A stretch of DNA of 35,683 nt from Candidatus Krumholzibacteriia bacterium. Its GTDB lineage: Bacteria; Krumholzibacteriota; Krumholzibacteriia; LZORAL124-64-63. Shown piece after piece: positions 1-7,627 of the stretch. Numbering within the stretch: the first letter of the stretch is position 1; each line of letters begins with the position of its first letter. The notes under the pieces are model-generated. The model worked only from the letters and a program-made list of their open reading frames with translations. It was not told the DNA's origin and did no database searches. The translations under genes were made by a program, and so were the position numbers. The stretch covers positions 1 to 35,683 of the forward strand of contig JBHEPC010000244.1 of the NCBI GenBank assembly GCA_046260475.1, written 5' to 3'.

Positions 1-468
1 CTCTTCGCCCGCTTCCCCACGGTGCAGGATTTCGCCACGGCCCCCCGCGAGGAGATCGAGGAGGCGATCCGCTCCACCGGCTTCTACAAGAATAAGGCCA
101 AGAGCCTCCAGGGCGCGGCCCAGGCCCTGCTCGAACGCCACGCCGGCCAGGTCCCTCGCACCATGGCCGAACTGGTCAAGGTCCCCGGCGCCGGCCGCAA
201 GACCGCCAACGTCGTCCTGGGCGAGATCTGGAACACCCCCGACGGCGTCGTCGTCGACACCCACGTCGGCCGCATCTCCAAGAAGCTGGGCCTCACCGAC
301 CAGACCGACCCCGTCAAGATCGAACGGCAGCTGAACGAATGTCTCCCCCGCGAGGACTGGCGCGACTACGGCCACCTCCTGATCGACCACGGCAGAAAAA
401 CCTGCAAAGCCCGCACCCCCAAGTGCGACAACTGCCCCATCTACCGATGGTGCGAAACCCGCGCCTGA
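1..468 (+). CDS. nth: Endonuclease III (Nth), 5' end outside window
   Basis: Frame 1 is open from base 1 to TGA 466-468. Translation has the HhH-GPD region (VPGAGRKTANVVLGE...VVDTHVGR) and the C-terminal CKARTPKCDNCPIYRWC, a C-X6-C-X2-C-X5-C 4Fe-4S loop typical of Nth. Confidence 0.9.
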   Translation, partial: LFARFPTVQDFATAPREEIEEAIRSTGFYKNKAKSLQGAAQALLERHAGQVPRTMAELVKVPGAGRKTANVVLGEIWNTPDGVVVDTHVGRISKKLGLTDQTDPVKIERQLNECLPREDWRDYGHLLIDHGRKTCKARTPKCDNCPIYRWCETRA

Positions 469-613
469 CGACGATCTGCCGTTCCTGACGTTGCCGGGGA
501 ACGACGACAAGCGAAAGCCGGCCGCATCCCGCAGGGGCGAAGCCCCGAGGACGCGGCCGGCTTTCGCCTATCGTCGTTCCCCCGCCGCAACGTCAGAACG
601 GCAGATCGTCATC
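467..613. repeat. ~147-nt imperfect palindrome (arms about 467-525 and 553-613; apical hairpin GGGGC-GAA-GCCCC at 534-546)
   Basis: Reverse complement of 553-613 aligns with 467-525 at roughly 52 of 59 positions (two substitutions, small indels). The right arm contains the last ssb codons plus stop; the left arm starts inside the nth stop codon. Confidence 0.85.
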
Positions 614-1024
614 CACCTCGGGGCCCGACGGCTCGTTCATGGGGGGCGGCGTGAAGCCGGAGGCGTCGCGCGGCCCGGCGTCGCCCTCCTCGCGGCGGCC
701 CAGGAGCATCATCTGGTTGGCGATGATCTCGGTGGTCCAGCGCTCCTGGCCGTCCTGGCCGGTCCACTTGCGGGTCTCCAGGCGCCCCTCCACGTAGACC
801 TGCTTGCCCTTCTTGAGGTAGCGCTCGGCGCGCTCGGCGAGGTGGCGCCAGGCGACGATGCGGTGCCACTCGGTCTTCTCCTGCCACTCGCCCGAGTTCT
901 TGTCCTTCCAGCTCTCGCTGGTGGCCACGGTGAAGTTCGCGACGGGCACGTTGCTCTGGGTGTACTTGATCTCCGGGTCCCGGCCCAGGTTGCCGATGAT
1001 GATGACCTTGTTGACCGATGCCAT
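593..1024 (-). CDS. ssb: Single-stranded DNA-binding protein
   Basis: ATG at 1024-1022 preceded by AAGGAGG (reverse complement of 1030-1036). Translation [22 protein letters not shown]...[12 protein letters not shown] (OB fold), Gly/Pro linker, acidic tail DDDLPF. The longer 218-aa track ORF has a non-protein-like N-terminus. Confidence 0.95.
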   Translation of the reverse strand: MASVNKVIIIGNLGRDPEIKYTQSNVPVANFTVATSESWKDKNSGEWQEKTEWHRIVAWRHLAERAERYLKKGKQVYVEGRLETRKWTGQDGQERWTTEIIANQMMLLGRREEGDAGPRDASGFTPPPMNEPSGPEVDDDLPF

Positions 1025-1204
1025 GGATTCCTCCTTTGCCCGGGGCGGGGTCGCCCCATCCTCGCATTGATTTTCCGGATCGGGACCGCCGGGAGCGACC
1101 GGGATGCTCGCGACCGGGCCGCCCACGGGCGGCGCGGCGGGAGCATGCGGTGTCGGACGGGAGGGAAACCGTAGCAGACCAGGTCCGGAAAACGGACAAA
1201 AAAA

Positions 1205-1281
1205 TGGGGTGGATGATGGGATTCGAACCCACGACCACCTGGAACACAACCAGGGGCTCTGCCAACTGAGCTACATCCACC
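1205..1281 (-). tRNA. tRNA-His (anticodon GUG), encoded G-1 and CCA
   Basis: Reverse complement reads G-GTGGATG-TA-GCTC-AGTTGGCA-GAGC-C-CCTGG-TTGTGTT-CCAGG-TGGTC-GTGGG-TTCGAAT-CCCAT-CATCCAC-C-CCA. Cloverleaf with extra 5' G opposite C73, the His hallmark. Loop position 37 is U, which is unusual. Confidence 0.9.
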
Positions 1282-1300
1282 GCCATTATTGCGTTTTGGT

Positions 1301-1377
1301 TGGCGCGCCCGGCAGGGCTCGAACCTGCGGCCTGCGGATTAGAAATCCGCTGCTCTATCCAGCTGAGCTACGGGCGC
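1301..1377 (-). tRNA. tRNA-Arg (anticodon UCU), encoded CCA
   Basis: Reverse complement GCGCCCG-TA-GCTC-AGCTGGATA-GAGC-A-GCGGA-TTTCTAA-TCCGC-AGGCC-GCAGG-TTCGAGC-CCTGC-CGGGCGC-G-CCA. Confidence 0.9.
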
Positions 1378-1440
1378 GCCGGATGCCCGGTACGGTCCGC
1401 GAATCCCGCTGGCAGAGGCCGTCCCCACGGGCGGACGCGA

Positions 1441-1469
1441 ATAATGGCCTGCGGGCGGTTCCGTGTCAA
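1441..1469 (-). promoter_or_regulatory. Candidate sigma70-type promoter for tRNA-Arg/tRNA-His
   Basis: On the minus strand: TTGACA (reverse complement of 1464-1469), 17-nt spacer, CATTAT (reverse complement of 1441-1446), about 65 nt upstream of tRNA-Arg. A perfect -35 in a GC-rich background. Confidence 0.3.
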
Positions 1470-1482
1470 GGCACCGATCAGC

Positions 1483-1559
1483 TGGTCGGGGCGGCGAGAT
1501 TCGAACTCGCGACCCCCTGCTCCCAAAGCAGGTGCGCTACCGGACTGCGCCACGCCCCG
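1483..1559 (-). tRNA. tRNA-Pro (anticodon UGG), encoded CCA
   Basis: Reverse complement CGGGGCG-TG-GCGC-AGTCCGGTA-GCGC-A-CCTGC-TTTGGGA-GCAGG-GGGTC-GCGAG-TTCGAAT-CTCGC-CGCCCCG-A-CCA. Confidence 0.9.
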
Positions 1560-1723
1560 ACCACAGGGCAGACCGCGGGCCGCCGGGGCCCGCTTCGCCG
1601 ACTGATCGCCCAAGCGCCTGCGGCGCCGCCGGTTGGCGACCGGCCGGCCATTGCACGATGCCGATCCGCCGCGGCCCCCGCTCAAGCAGGCGTCCCTGCC
1701 GGCGGCCGTGCCGCGCCCGTCCG

Positions 1724-2740
1724 TCAGCCCGCGGCGACACCCGCCTGCAGCCCGTAGGCGGTGCGCACCGCCCGCAGCAGGCGGCGCAGCGCGCGCCCCC
1801 GGTGGCTGATGGCGTGCTTGTCCTCGGGCGGCAGCTCGGCCAGGGTGCGCTGCTCGCCGTCGGGCACGAACACCGGGTCGTAGCCGAAGCCGCCGGCGCC
1901 CAGGGGCTGGCGGGCGATGCGGCCGACCAGGCGGCCGGTGGCGGTGATCTGCAGGAAGTGCTCTTCGTTCACCGCGCGGCCCGGCGCCTCGGGCGCCAGG
2001 CCCGACGGCGCCACGTGGGTGCGCGGCAGGTCGCCGCTCATGGGGCCGTGGGTCAACCAGATGCGCGGATCCGGCACGGTGACGGCGCCGGGTTCGGTGC
2101 GGTGGCGGCCGTCCACCAGGGCGGCGGCCACGTCGCGGGCCCGGGCGGTGTCGTGGCCCCACGCCACCAGGTCGGCCATCAGTGCGGTCCGGTAGTCGCC
2201 CCACACCTCCTGGCGGTCGATCAGCCCGTTCCAGAAGCCCGGCTCCTGGGCCGGGTCCTTGATCTGCACGGCGCGGGCCCAGGGGTTGAAGAGCCAGCGC
2301 TTGCGCGCCGGGGCGGTGACCGGGCCGTCGGCGCCCCGCGGCCGCGGGTCGATCCACGCGCAGGCCGAGGCGAAACGGGCCTGGCGCGAGCCGTCCGGCA
2401 CCTTCGCCATCAGGTCCAGCAGCAGCGCGACGTTGCTCGCGTAGGTGGCGCCCTCGCCGCTGAAGTGGGCGGCGAAGACGTCCGGCAGGCCGTTGAGCAC
2501 CCGCACCTGCAGGGAGGTGTCGTCGGCCACGGCGATCTCGCCGGTCCAGGCCGCCGTCACCAGGGCCTTGCGGGTGGCGTTGCCCTCGATGGTGGTGCCG
2601 TCCTCGACCACCGCCGGCAGGCCCGGGTAGGCGTCGGCCGCCACCACCTCGAACGGCAGGTCCGCGAGGATCTCCATCAGCTCCCTGACCTTGTCGGGAT
2701 TGCGGCTGGCCAGGACGACCTTGCGCTTCTGCGTGCCCAT
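1724..2740 (-). CDS. rdgB: RdgB/HAM1-family non-canonical purine NTP pyrophosphatase with a large internal insertion (338 aa)
   Basis: ATG 2740-2738, two nt after the rph stop (classic rph-rdgB pair). N-terminal VVLASRNPDKVRE...AVADDTSL...ARFASACAWI and C-terminal GAGGFGYDPVFVP...DKHAISHRGRAL match the family. About 125 extra residues lie in between. This is only the C-terminal third of the 1016-aa track ORF. Confidence 0.85.
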   Translation of the reverse strand: MGTQKRKVVLASRNPDKVRELMEILADLPFEVVAADAYPGLPAVVEDGTTIEGNATRKALVTAAWTGEIAVADDTSLQVRVLNGLPDVFAAHFSGEGATYASNVALLLDLMAKVPDGSRQARFASACAWIDPRPRGADGPVTAPARKRWLFNPWARAVQIKDPAQEPGFWNGLIDRQEVWGDYRTALMADLVAWGHDTARARDVAAALVDGRHRTEPGAVTVPDPRIWLTHGPMSGDLPRTHVAPSGLAPEAPGRAVNEEHFLQITATGRLVGRIARQPLGAGGFGYDPVFVPDGEQRTLAELPPEDKHAISHRGRALRRLLRAVRTAYGLQAGVAAG

Positions 2741-2742
2741 GC

Positions 2743-3456
2743 TCACACCTCCAGGACCTTGTGCTGCAGATCGTTGATCTTGGCGACGGCCGCCGCGCCC
2801 AGGTCCAACATGCGGTCCAGCTGCTCCCGGGTGAACGGGCGCTGCTCGGCCGTACCCTGGAGCTCGATCAGCCCGCCGCCCTCGGCCATGACGATGTTCA
2901 TGTCCGTCTGTGCGGACGAGTCCTCGCGGTAGTCCAGGTCCATCAGCACCTCGCCCCCGACCACGCCCAGGCTGATCGCGCCCACCAGGGAATGCATCGG
3001 GTGGCGCTTCAGATTCAGCCGCTGCAAGGCGTCGTAGAGGGCGACCGCCCCGCCGTTGATGGACGCGCAGCGGGTACCGCCGTCGGCGCGGATCACGTCG
3101 CAGTCCACGGTCACCGTCAGGTCGCCCAGGGCGTACAGGTCGGTGACCGCCCGCAGGGAGCGGCCGATCAGCCGCTGGATCTCCATGGTGCGGCCGCCCT
3201 GGCCGCCGCCGCCGGCGGCTTCGCGGCGCATGCGCTCGGAAGTGGAGCGGGGCAGCATGCCGTACTCCGCGGTGACCCAGCCCTGGCCCGAGCCCTTCAG
3301 CCAGCGGGGCGTGCCGTTGGTGATGCTCGCCGTGCACACCACGTGGGTGTGGCCCATCTCGATCAGCACCGAGCCCTCGGCGTGGGGCAGGTAGTCCCGG
3401 GTGATGCGCACCGGCCGCAGCTGGTTGGCCCCGCGGCCGCCTTCGCGTTCGCTCAC
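2743..3456 (-). CDS. rph: Ribonuclease PH
   Basis: GTG start 3456-3454 after GAAGGGAAG. Translation [31 protein letters not shown]...[14 protein letters not shown]...[13 protein letters not shown] is typical RNase PH. Confidence 0.95.
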   Translation of the reverse strand: MSEREGGRGANQLRPVRITRDYLPHAEGSVLIEMGHTHVVCTASITNGTPRWLKGSGQGWVTAEYGMLPRSTSERMRREAAGGGGQGGRTMEIQRLIGRSLRAVTDLYALGDLTVTVDCDVIRADGGTRCASINGGAVALYDALQRLNLKRHPMHSLVGAISLGVVGGEVLMDLDYREDSSAQTDMNIVMAEGGGLIELQGTAEQRPFTREQLDRMLDLGAAAVAKINDLQHKVLEV

Positions 3457-3507
3457 GTGTCTTCCCTTCGCTGGTGGCCCGCCGCGGGCCGTGCTGCAGG
3501 TCGCCGG

Positions 3508-4383
3508 TCAGGCCCGTTCGGCCAGCCGCCGCCCCGCCTCCTCCATCTCGTCCAGCCCGACGGTGACCACGTCGGCGATGGGCCGGCCCAGAAAGCGCGC
3601 GCCGATCTCGGCGAACTTCCAGGGGATGTCGCTGAGCAGGAACGCCAGTTCCCCGGCGCGGCCGCCCTCTCCCTCGCCGCCGCCGTCGCCGTCGCTGCAC
3701 TGCAGCCCGCGCGCGGCCAGCAGCTCCTGCACCGCCGCGGCCAGGGCCTCGGCCGAGTCCACCAGGGCCACCCCGGACCCCATCTCGCGGCCGATGTCCG
3801 CCTTCAGCAGCGGGTAGTGGGTGCAGCCGAGGATCAGCGTGTCCACGCCCGCCTCCCGCAGGGGCGCCAGGTAATCCCGGGCCGCCATGGCGGTCATGGC
3901 GTGGCCCATCAGGCCCTCCTCCACCAGGGGCACGAACAGGGGGCACTCCCGCGCCACGATGCGGACGCCGGGCAGGCGCCGCTGCAGCTCCTGTTGGTAA
4001 CGCCCCGAGCGGATCGTGCCCGAAGTGCCGATCACGCCCACCGGACCGCCCCGGGTGGCGCGCAGCGCCTCGTCCACGCCCGGCTCGATCACCCCCAGCA
4101 CCGGCACCGGCAGCACCTCGCGCAGGTGGTCCAGGGCGAAGGCGCTGGCGGTGTTGCAGGCCACCACGACCAGCTTGACGCCCCGCTCCACCAGCACGCC
4201 CGCGTCCTGGCGGGCGAAGGCGCGCACGGTCTTCTCGCCCTTGGTGCCGTAGGGCACCCGCGCCGTGTCGCCGAAGTAGATCAGGTCCTCGCCCGGCAGC
4301 CGCCGGTGCAGGGCCCGCAGCACGGTCAGCCCGCCCAGGCCCGAGTCGAACACGCCGATGGGCCGCCGCCGCCCGCCGTCCAC
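3508..4383 (-). CDS. murI: Glutamate racemase
   Basis: IGVFDSGLGGLTV...VVACNTAS...LGCTHYPLL motifs carry both catalytic Cys contexts. GTG start 4383-4381 lies directly after the upstream gene's TAG. Confidence 0.93.
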   Translation of the reverse strand: MDGGRRRPIGVFDSGLGGLTVLRALHRRLPGEDLIYFGDTARVPYGTKGEKTVRAFARQDAGVLVERGVKLVVVACNTASAFALDHLREVLPVPVLGVIEPGVDEALRATRGGPVGVIGTSGTIRSGRYQQELQRRLPGVRIVARECPLFVPLVEEGLMGHAMTAMAARDYLAPLREAGVDTLILGCTHYPLLKADIGREMGSGVALVDSAEALAAAVQELLAARGLQCSDGDGGGEGEGGRAGELAFLLSDIPWKFAEIGARFLGRPIADVVTVGLDEMEEAGRRLAERA

Positions 4384-5022
4384 CTACAGCCACCTCCGCG
4401 GATCGAAGGGCCGCGCCAGGTCCAGATGCCCGGCCAGGGTCTCGACCTGCGCGCCCTCCACCAGGATCACGCACGAGCGCGTGGCCGGATAGTTCAGGGC
4501 CACGGTGCGCAGGATCGAGGTGAGGGTGGCCGATTCGGCGGCGCTGCCGCCCGGGTGGCCGGTCACCAGCTCGCGGCTGAAGTCCAGCACCACCGACTGG
4601 TCGTCCGGGTCCAGGAACGCGCCCAGCGCCCGGGTGCCGCCGGGCAGGGCGCTGACCGCGCCGCTGATGCGCGGCCCGGCGCAGAGCGCGCCGATCACGC
4701 CCAGCAGGTCCTCCCCCGGCCGGTCGCGGCTGGGAATCTGGCGCTGCTCGGTCACGTAGCCGGAGGCGTCCCACTCGGGGAAGACCACCATCACCGCCCG
4801 GTCGCCGGCACGGGCGGCGGCGTCGGGCAGGGCCGCATCGAACAGCTCGGCGTCAGGGACGTCGGTCTCGTCCTGGCCGCTCTGCCAGGCCCACCAGCCC
4901 GCCGCCAGGACCAGCACGATCAACAGCAGGGCGAGCAGCCCGGTCGAAGGACGGCGCCCGGCAGCGCCGGCCCGGCGCACCGACGGCCGGTGCCGGGGCG
5001 GTTGGGGACGCTCGCCGCTCAT
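4384..5022 (-). CDS. GerMN-domain membrane-anchored protein
   Basis: ATG 5022-5020 after GGAGGAG. N-terminal Arg-rich segment, then a TM helix (LLALLLIVLVLAAGWWAW). C-terminal region resembles the GerMN domain, which is commonly found next to cell-wall amidases. The start overlaps the amidase stop (ATGA). Confidence 0.7.
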   Translation of the reverse strand: MSGERPQPPRHRPSVRRAGAAGRRPSTGLLALLLIVLVLAAGWWAWQSGQDETDVPDAELFDAALPDAAARAGDRAVMVVFPEWDASGYVTEQRQIPSRDRPGEDLLGVIGALCAGPRISGAVSALPGGTRALGAFLDPDDQSVVLDFSRELVTGHPGGSAAESATLTSILRTVALNYPATRSCVILVEGAQVETLAGHLDLARPFDPRRWL

Positions 5023-6656
5023 CGGCCCTCCTCCGCGTCGCCCGCATCCTGGCCGGCGTCATCGGCCTGGGCCGCCGGCAGCCCGGTCGCCTCCCGGTAG
5101 GCGAGGATGGCGTCGCCGATGGCCTCGGCCAGCTCGCGCTGGTAGCCGCGCTCGCCCAGCCGCTGCTCCTCGCGGGCGTGGCTCAGGAAGCCCAGCTCGA
5201 TCAGCACGGCGGGCATGTAGGCGCCCACCAGCACCCGGAACCCGGCCTGGCGCACGCCCCGGTCGGGCAGCCCCAGGTCACGGGCCACGCCGGTCTGGAT
5301 GGTCTCGGCCAGGCGGCTGCTGGCGGAGATGAAGCGGTTCTGCACCAGCTCCCAGACGATGAACTCGACGTCGTCGGGCTCGCCCGCGGCCGCGTTCTCG
5401 GCGGCCTCCACGCTGCGGGCCCAATCCGAGCGGGCCGGCGACAGGAAGTAGGTCTCCAGGCCGTGGGCCGCGTCGTTGAACCAGCTGTTGCAGTGCAGGG
5501 AAAGGAACAGGTCCCCGCCCCGGGTGTTGGCCAGCTCGGCGCGGGCGGCCAGCTCGACGTGGTCGTCCCGGTCCCGGGTCAGCACCACCTTTAGGTCGCT
5601 CTCCCGCTCCAGGTAGCGGCGCAGCTCCAGGGCCACGCCCAGGTTCACGTCCTTCTCCAGGATGCCCCGCGCCCCCACCGCGCCCACGTCGTGGCCGCCG
5701 TGGCCCGGGTCCACCACCACGGTGCGCACGGCCGTCCCGACCGTCACGTCCACCGGGCCCTGGTCGATGTTCAGCTGGGCCTGGCCGTGGGGCACCGGCG
5801 CGGGCAGGCCCGCCACCTGCTCCTCCTCCAGCACCAGCACGATCTCGCGCCCGCCCTGCGCGGCGTAGGTGCGGTAGCGGCCGACGAGCTCGTCCACCTG
5901 GAAGGTGATCACCGCGTCGTCGCCCCGCTGGCGGCTGCGCGCCGACAGCAGCAGGCCGCGGCGGCCGGCCTGGCTGACGGCGCCCGCATCCACGGCGCCG
6001 CCGTAGATCTTCAGCTCGACCACGCCCTGGCTGGGGCTGGTGGTGCGGTAGGCGAAGGCATCGGCGCATTCGACGTGGACGACGGTGGTGCGGCCGAGGG
6101 TCTCGGTGCGCAGCCTCGTCACGGTGTGCGCGGGCACGCCCAGGCGCAGGCGGCGCAGGTCAGGATCCCAGGCTATGCGGTCGCCCGTGGCCGGGCCCAC
6201 CACCTCGGTCAGCAGGACCAGGGGCAGCCACAGGTCGCCCCCCTGGTCCAGCACCGGCACCGGCAGCAGGGTCTCCCCGTCGGGCGTCGCCACCAGCCGG
6301 CTGCCGGCCGTCAGCGCGAACTCGTTCGCCCCCACCTTCAGCGCCAGGCGCCGCAGGTCGCCTTGCCAGTAGCGGCCGGCGTTCAGCAGCGAAGCCACGG
6401 CGGCCGAGCGCAGGTACATGACGTCGGTGCCCGCCAGCAGGCGGCGGCCCTGGATGGCGCGGGTTTCGCCGGTGGCCTCGAAGCGCACCGTCAGGTCCAC
6501 CGCCGGGGCGGCCGGGTCGACGGTGAACGCCAGCACCGGATCGTCCGCCGCGTCCTGGGCCTGCGCCGGTGCGGGCGCGAGGGCGCAGGCAAGCAGCACC
6601 GGCAGCAGCAGCACCGGCACGCACGGTTTCACGGCGGCGGCGGCGTACCTGATCAT
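5019..6656 (-). CDS. N-acetylmuramoyl-L-alanine amidase (Amidase_3/AmiC-type) with long N-terminal extension and signal peptide
   Basis: Signal-like N-terminus (VLLLPVLLACALAPAPAQA). C-terminal VVVDPGHGGHDVGA...DLFLSLHCNS...ETYFLS...PAVLIELGFLSH is the zinc amidase_3 signature. Confidence 0.9.
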   Translation of the reverse strand: MIRYAAAAVKPCVPVLLLPVLLACALAPAPAQAQDAADDPVLAFTVDPAAPAVDLTVRFEATGETRAIQGRRLLAGTDVMYLRSAAVASLLNAGRYWQGDLRRLALKVGANEFALTAGSRLVATPDGETLLPVPVLDQGGDLWLPLVLLTEVVGPATGDRIAWDPDLRRLRLGVPAHTVTRLRTETLGRTTVVHVECADAFAYRTTSPSQGVVELKIYGGAVDAGAVSQAGRRGLLLSARSRQRGDDAVITFQVDELVGRYRTYAAQGGREIVLVLEEEQVAGLPAPVPHGQAQLNIDQGPVDVTVGTAVRTVVVDPGHGGHDVGAVGARGILEKDVNLGVALELRRYLERESDLKVVLTRDRDDHVELAARAELANTRGGDLFLSLHCNSWFNDAAHGLETYFLSPARSDWARSVEAAENAAAGEPDDVEFIVWELVQNRFISASSRLAETIQTGVARDLGLPDRGVRQAGFRVLVGAYMPAVLIELGFLSHAREEQRLGERGYQRELAEAIGDAILAYREATGLPAAQADDAGQDAGDAEEGR

Positions 6657-7123
6657 CGGCGCCCGACCTCCTTGGCGATCCGCCGCGCCACGTCATGCTT
6701 GGCCTTGGCATCGCGCTTGTCGTGCAGCTTCTTGCCCCGGCCCAGCCCCAGTTCGACCTTCACCAGCCCCCGCTTGAAGTACAGGCTCAACGGGACCAGG
6801 GTCAGCCCCTTCTCCTCGATGCGCGGCTGGATCTTGCGGATCTCCCGCCTGGTCAGCAGCAGCTTGCGCCGCCGGAAGGGCTCGTGGTTCTCCCGGTGGG
6901 CCTGTTCGTAGGGGCCGATGTGCATCTTGCAGAGCCAGCCCTCGCCGCCCGTGATCTCCCCGTAGGCGTCACCCAGGTTGCAGCGGCCCTCCCTGAGGGC
7001 CTTGACCTCCGTGCCCTGGAGCACCAGCCCGGCCTCCCAGCGGTCGAGGATCTCGAATTCGTGGAAGGCCCGCCGGTTCTTGGCGATGATCTTCTGGCCG
7101 GTGCCTTCGCTCTTGCGCGCCAT
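6653..7123 (-). CDS. smpB: SsrA-binding protein SmpB
   Basis: ATG 7123-7121. Translation IAKNRRAFHEFEILDRWEAGLVLQGTEVKALREG...RKLLLTRREIRK...LTLVPLSLYFKRGLVKVELGLGRGKKLHDKR. The stop overlaps the amidase start (ATGA). This is only the C-terminal 156 aa of the 896-aa track ORF. Confidence 0.95.
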   Translation of the reverse strand: MARKSEGTGQKIIAKNRRAFHEFEILDRWEAGLVLQGTEVKALREGRCNLGDAYGEITGGEGWLCKMHIGPYEQAHRENHEPFRRRKLLLTRREIRKIQPRIEEKGLTLVPLSLYFKRGLVKVELGLGRGKKLHDKRDAKAKHDVARRIAKEVGRR

Positions 7124-7261
7124 GCTGCTCCCGTCCCGTCGCGGCCCGGTCCCGTGCCCGGCTGCGGGCGAACCGTGAATATACCCTCCGCGGCCCGGGG
7201 TGCAACCGCTTCCTTGGGCGGCGGGCGCGGCCCCGGGCGGCGGAAAAATCGCCACCGCAGG

Positions 7262-7290
7262 TTGACAGCCGTCGGGGCAGCGGCTAGATT
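7262..7290 (+). promoter_or_regulatory. Candidate sigma70 promoter of tRNA-Leu
   Basis: TTGACA (7262-7267), 17-nt spacer, TAGATT (7285-7290), about 40 nt upstream of the tRNA 5' end. Confidence 0.5.
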
Positions 7291-7329
7291 CCCCCTCCGT
7301 CCCGCGGGGGACGGCTTCGCGGATTCCGT

Positions 7330-7416
7330 GCCCAGGTGGCGGAATTGGTAGACGCGCTACGTTCAGGTCGTAGTGGGGGTAACCTCGTGGGAGTTCGAGT
7401 CTCCCCCTGGGCACCA
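7330..7416 (+). tRNA. tRNA-Leu (anticodon CAG), class II long variable arm, encoded CCA
   Basis: GCCCAGG-TG-GCGG-AATTGGTAGAC-GCG-CTACG-TTCAGGT-CGTAG-TGGGGGTAACCTCGTG-GGAG-TTCGAGT-CTCC-CCTGGGC-A-CCA. Confidence 0.92.
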
Positions 7417-7445
7417 CGGCTTCCGCGACAGCACCGCAGGCAGGA

Positions 7446-7472
7446 CCCTCCCGGGGCGGAGGGCTTTTTTTT
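7446..7472 (+). terminator. Rho-independent terminator after tRNA-Leu
   Basis: CCCTCC (7446-7451) / GGAGGG (7458-7463) stem, 6-nt loop, followed by eight T (7465-7472). Confidence 0.75.
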
Positions 7473-7627
7473 GCCCGGCACGGATCCTGCAACCGGATCC
7501 CCGCTGCCAGGGGCGGCAAACGCCCGCGATCGCGCCCGAGGCCCCCAGCCGGCCGCAGGCGGCGTTTGCGGGCCGATCCGGCGCACCGCGCCGCGCCCCT
7601 TACCCTTGCCGGGAGCCGGATTCCGAT

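Noticed and set aside
491-1286. ORFs 491..1174 (+), 609..1286 (-) and others around ssb
   Set aside because: They overlap ssb, the palindrome and tRNA-His, and none is protein-like. ssb (593..1024) explains the coding signal.
2741-4774. N-terminal 678 aa of the 1016-aa minus-strand ORF (1724..4774)
   Set aside because: Only the last 338 aa (rdgB) are protein-like. The upstream part overlaps rph, murI and the GerMN gene, which are read in other frames with strong family signatures.
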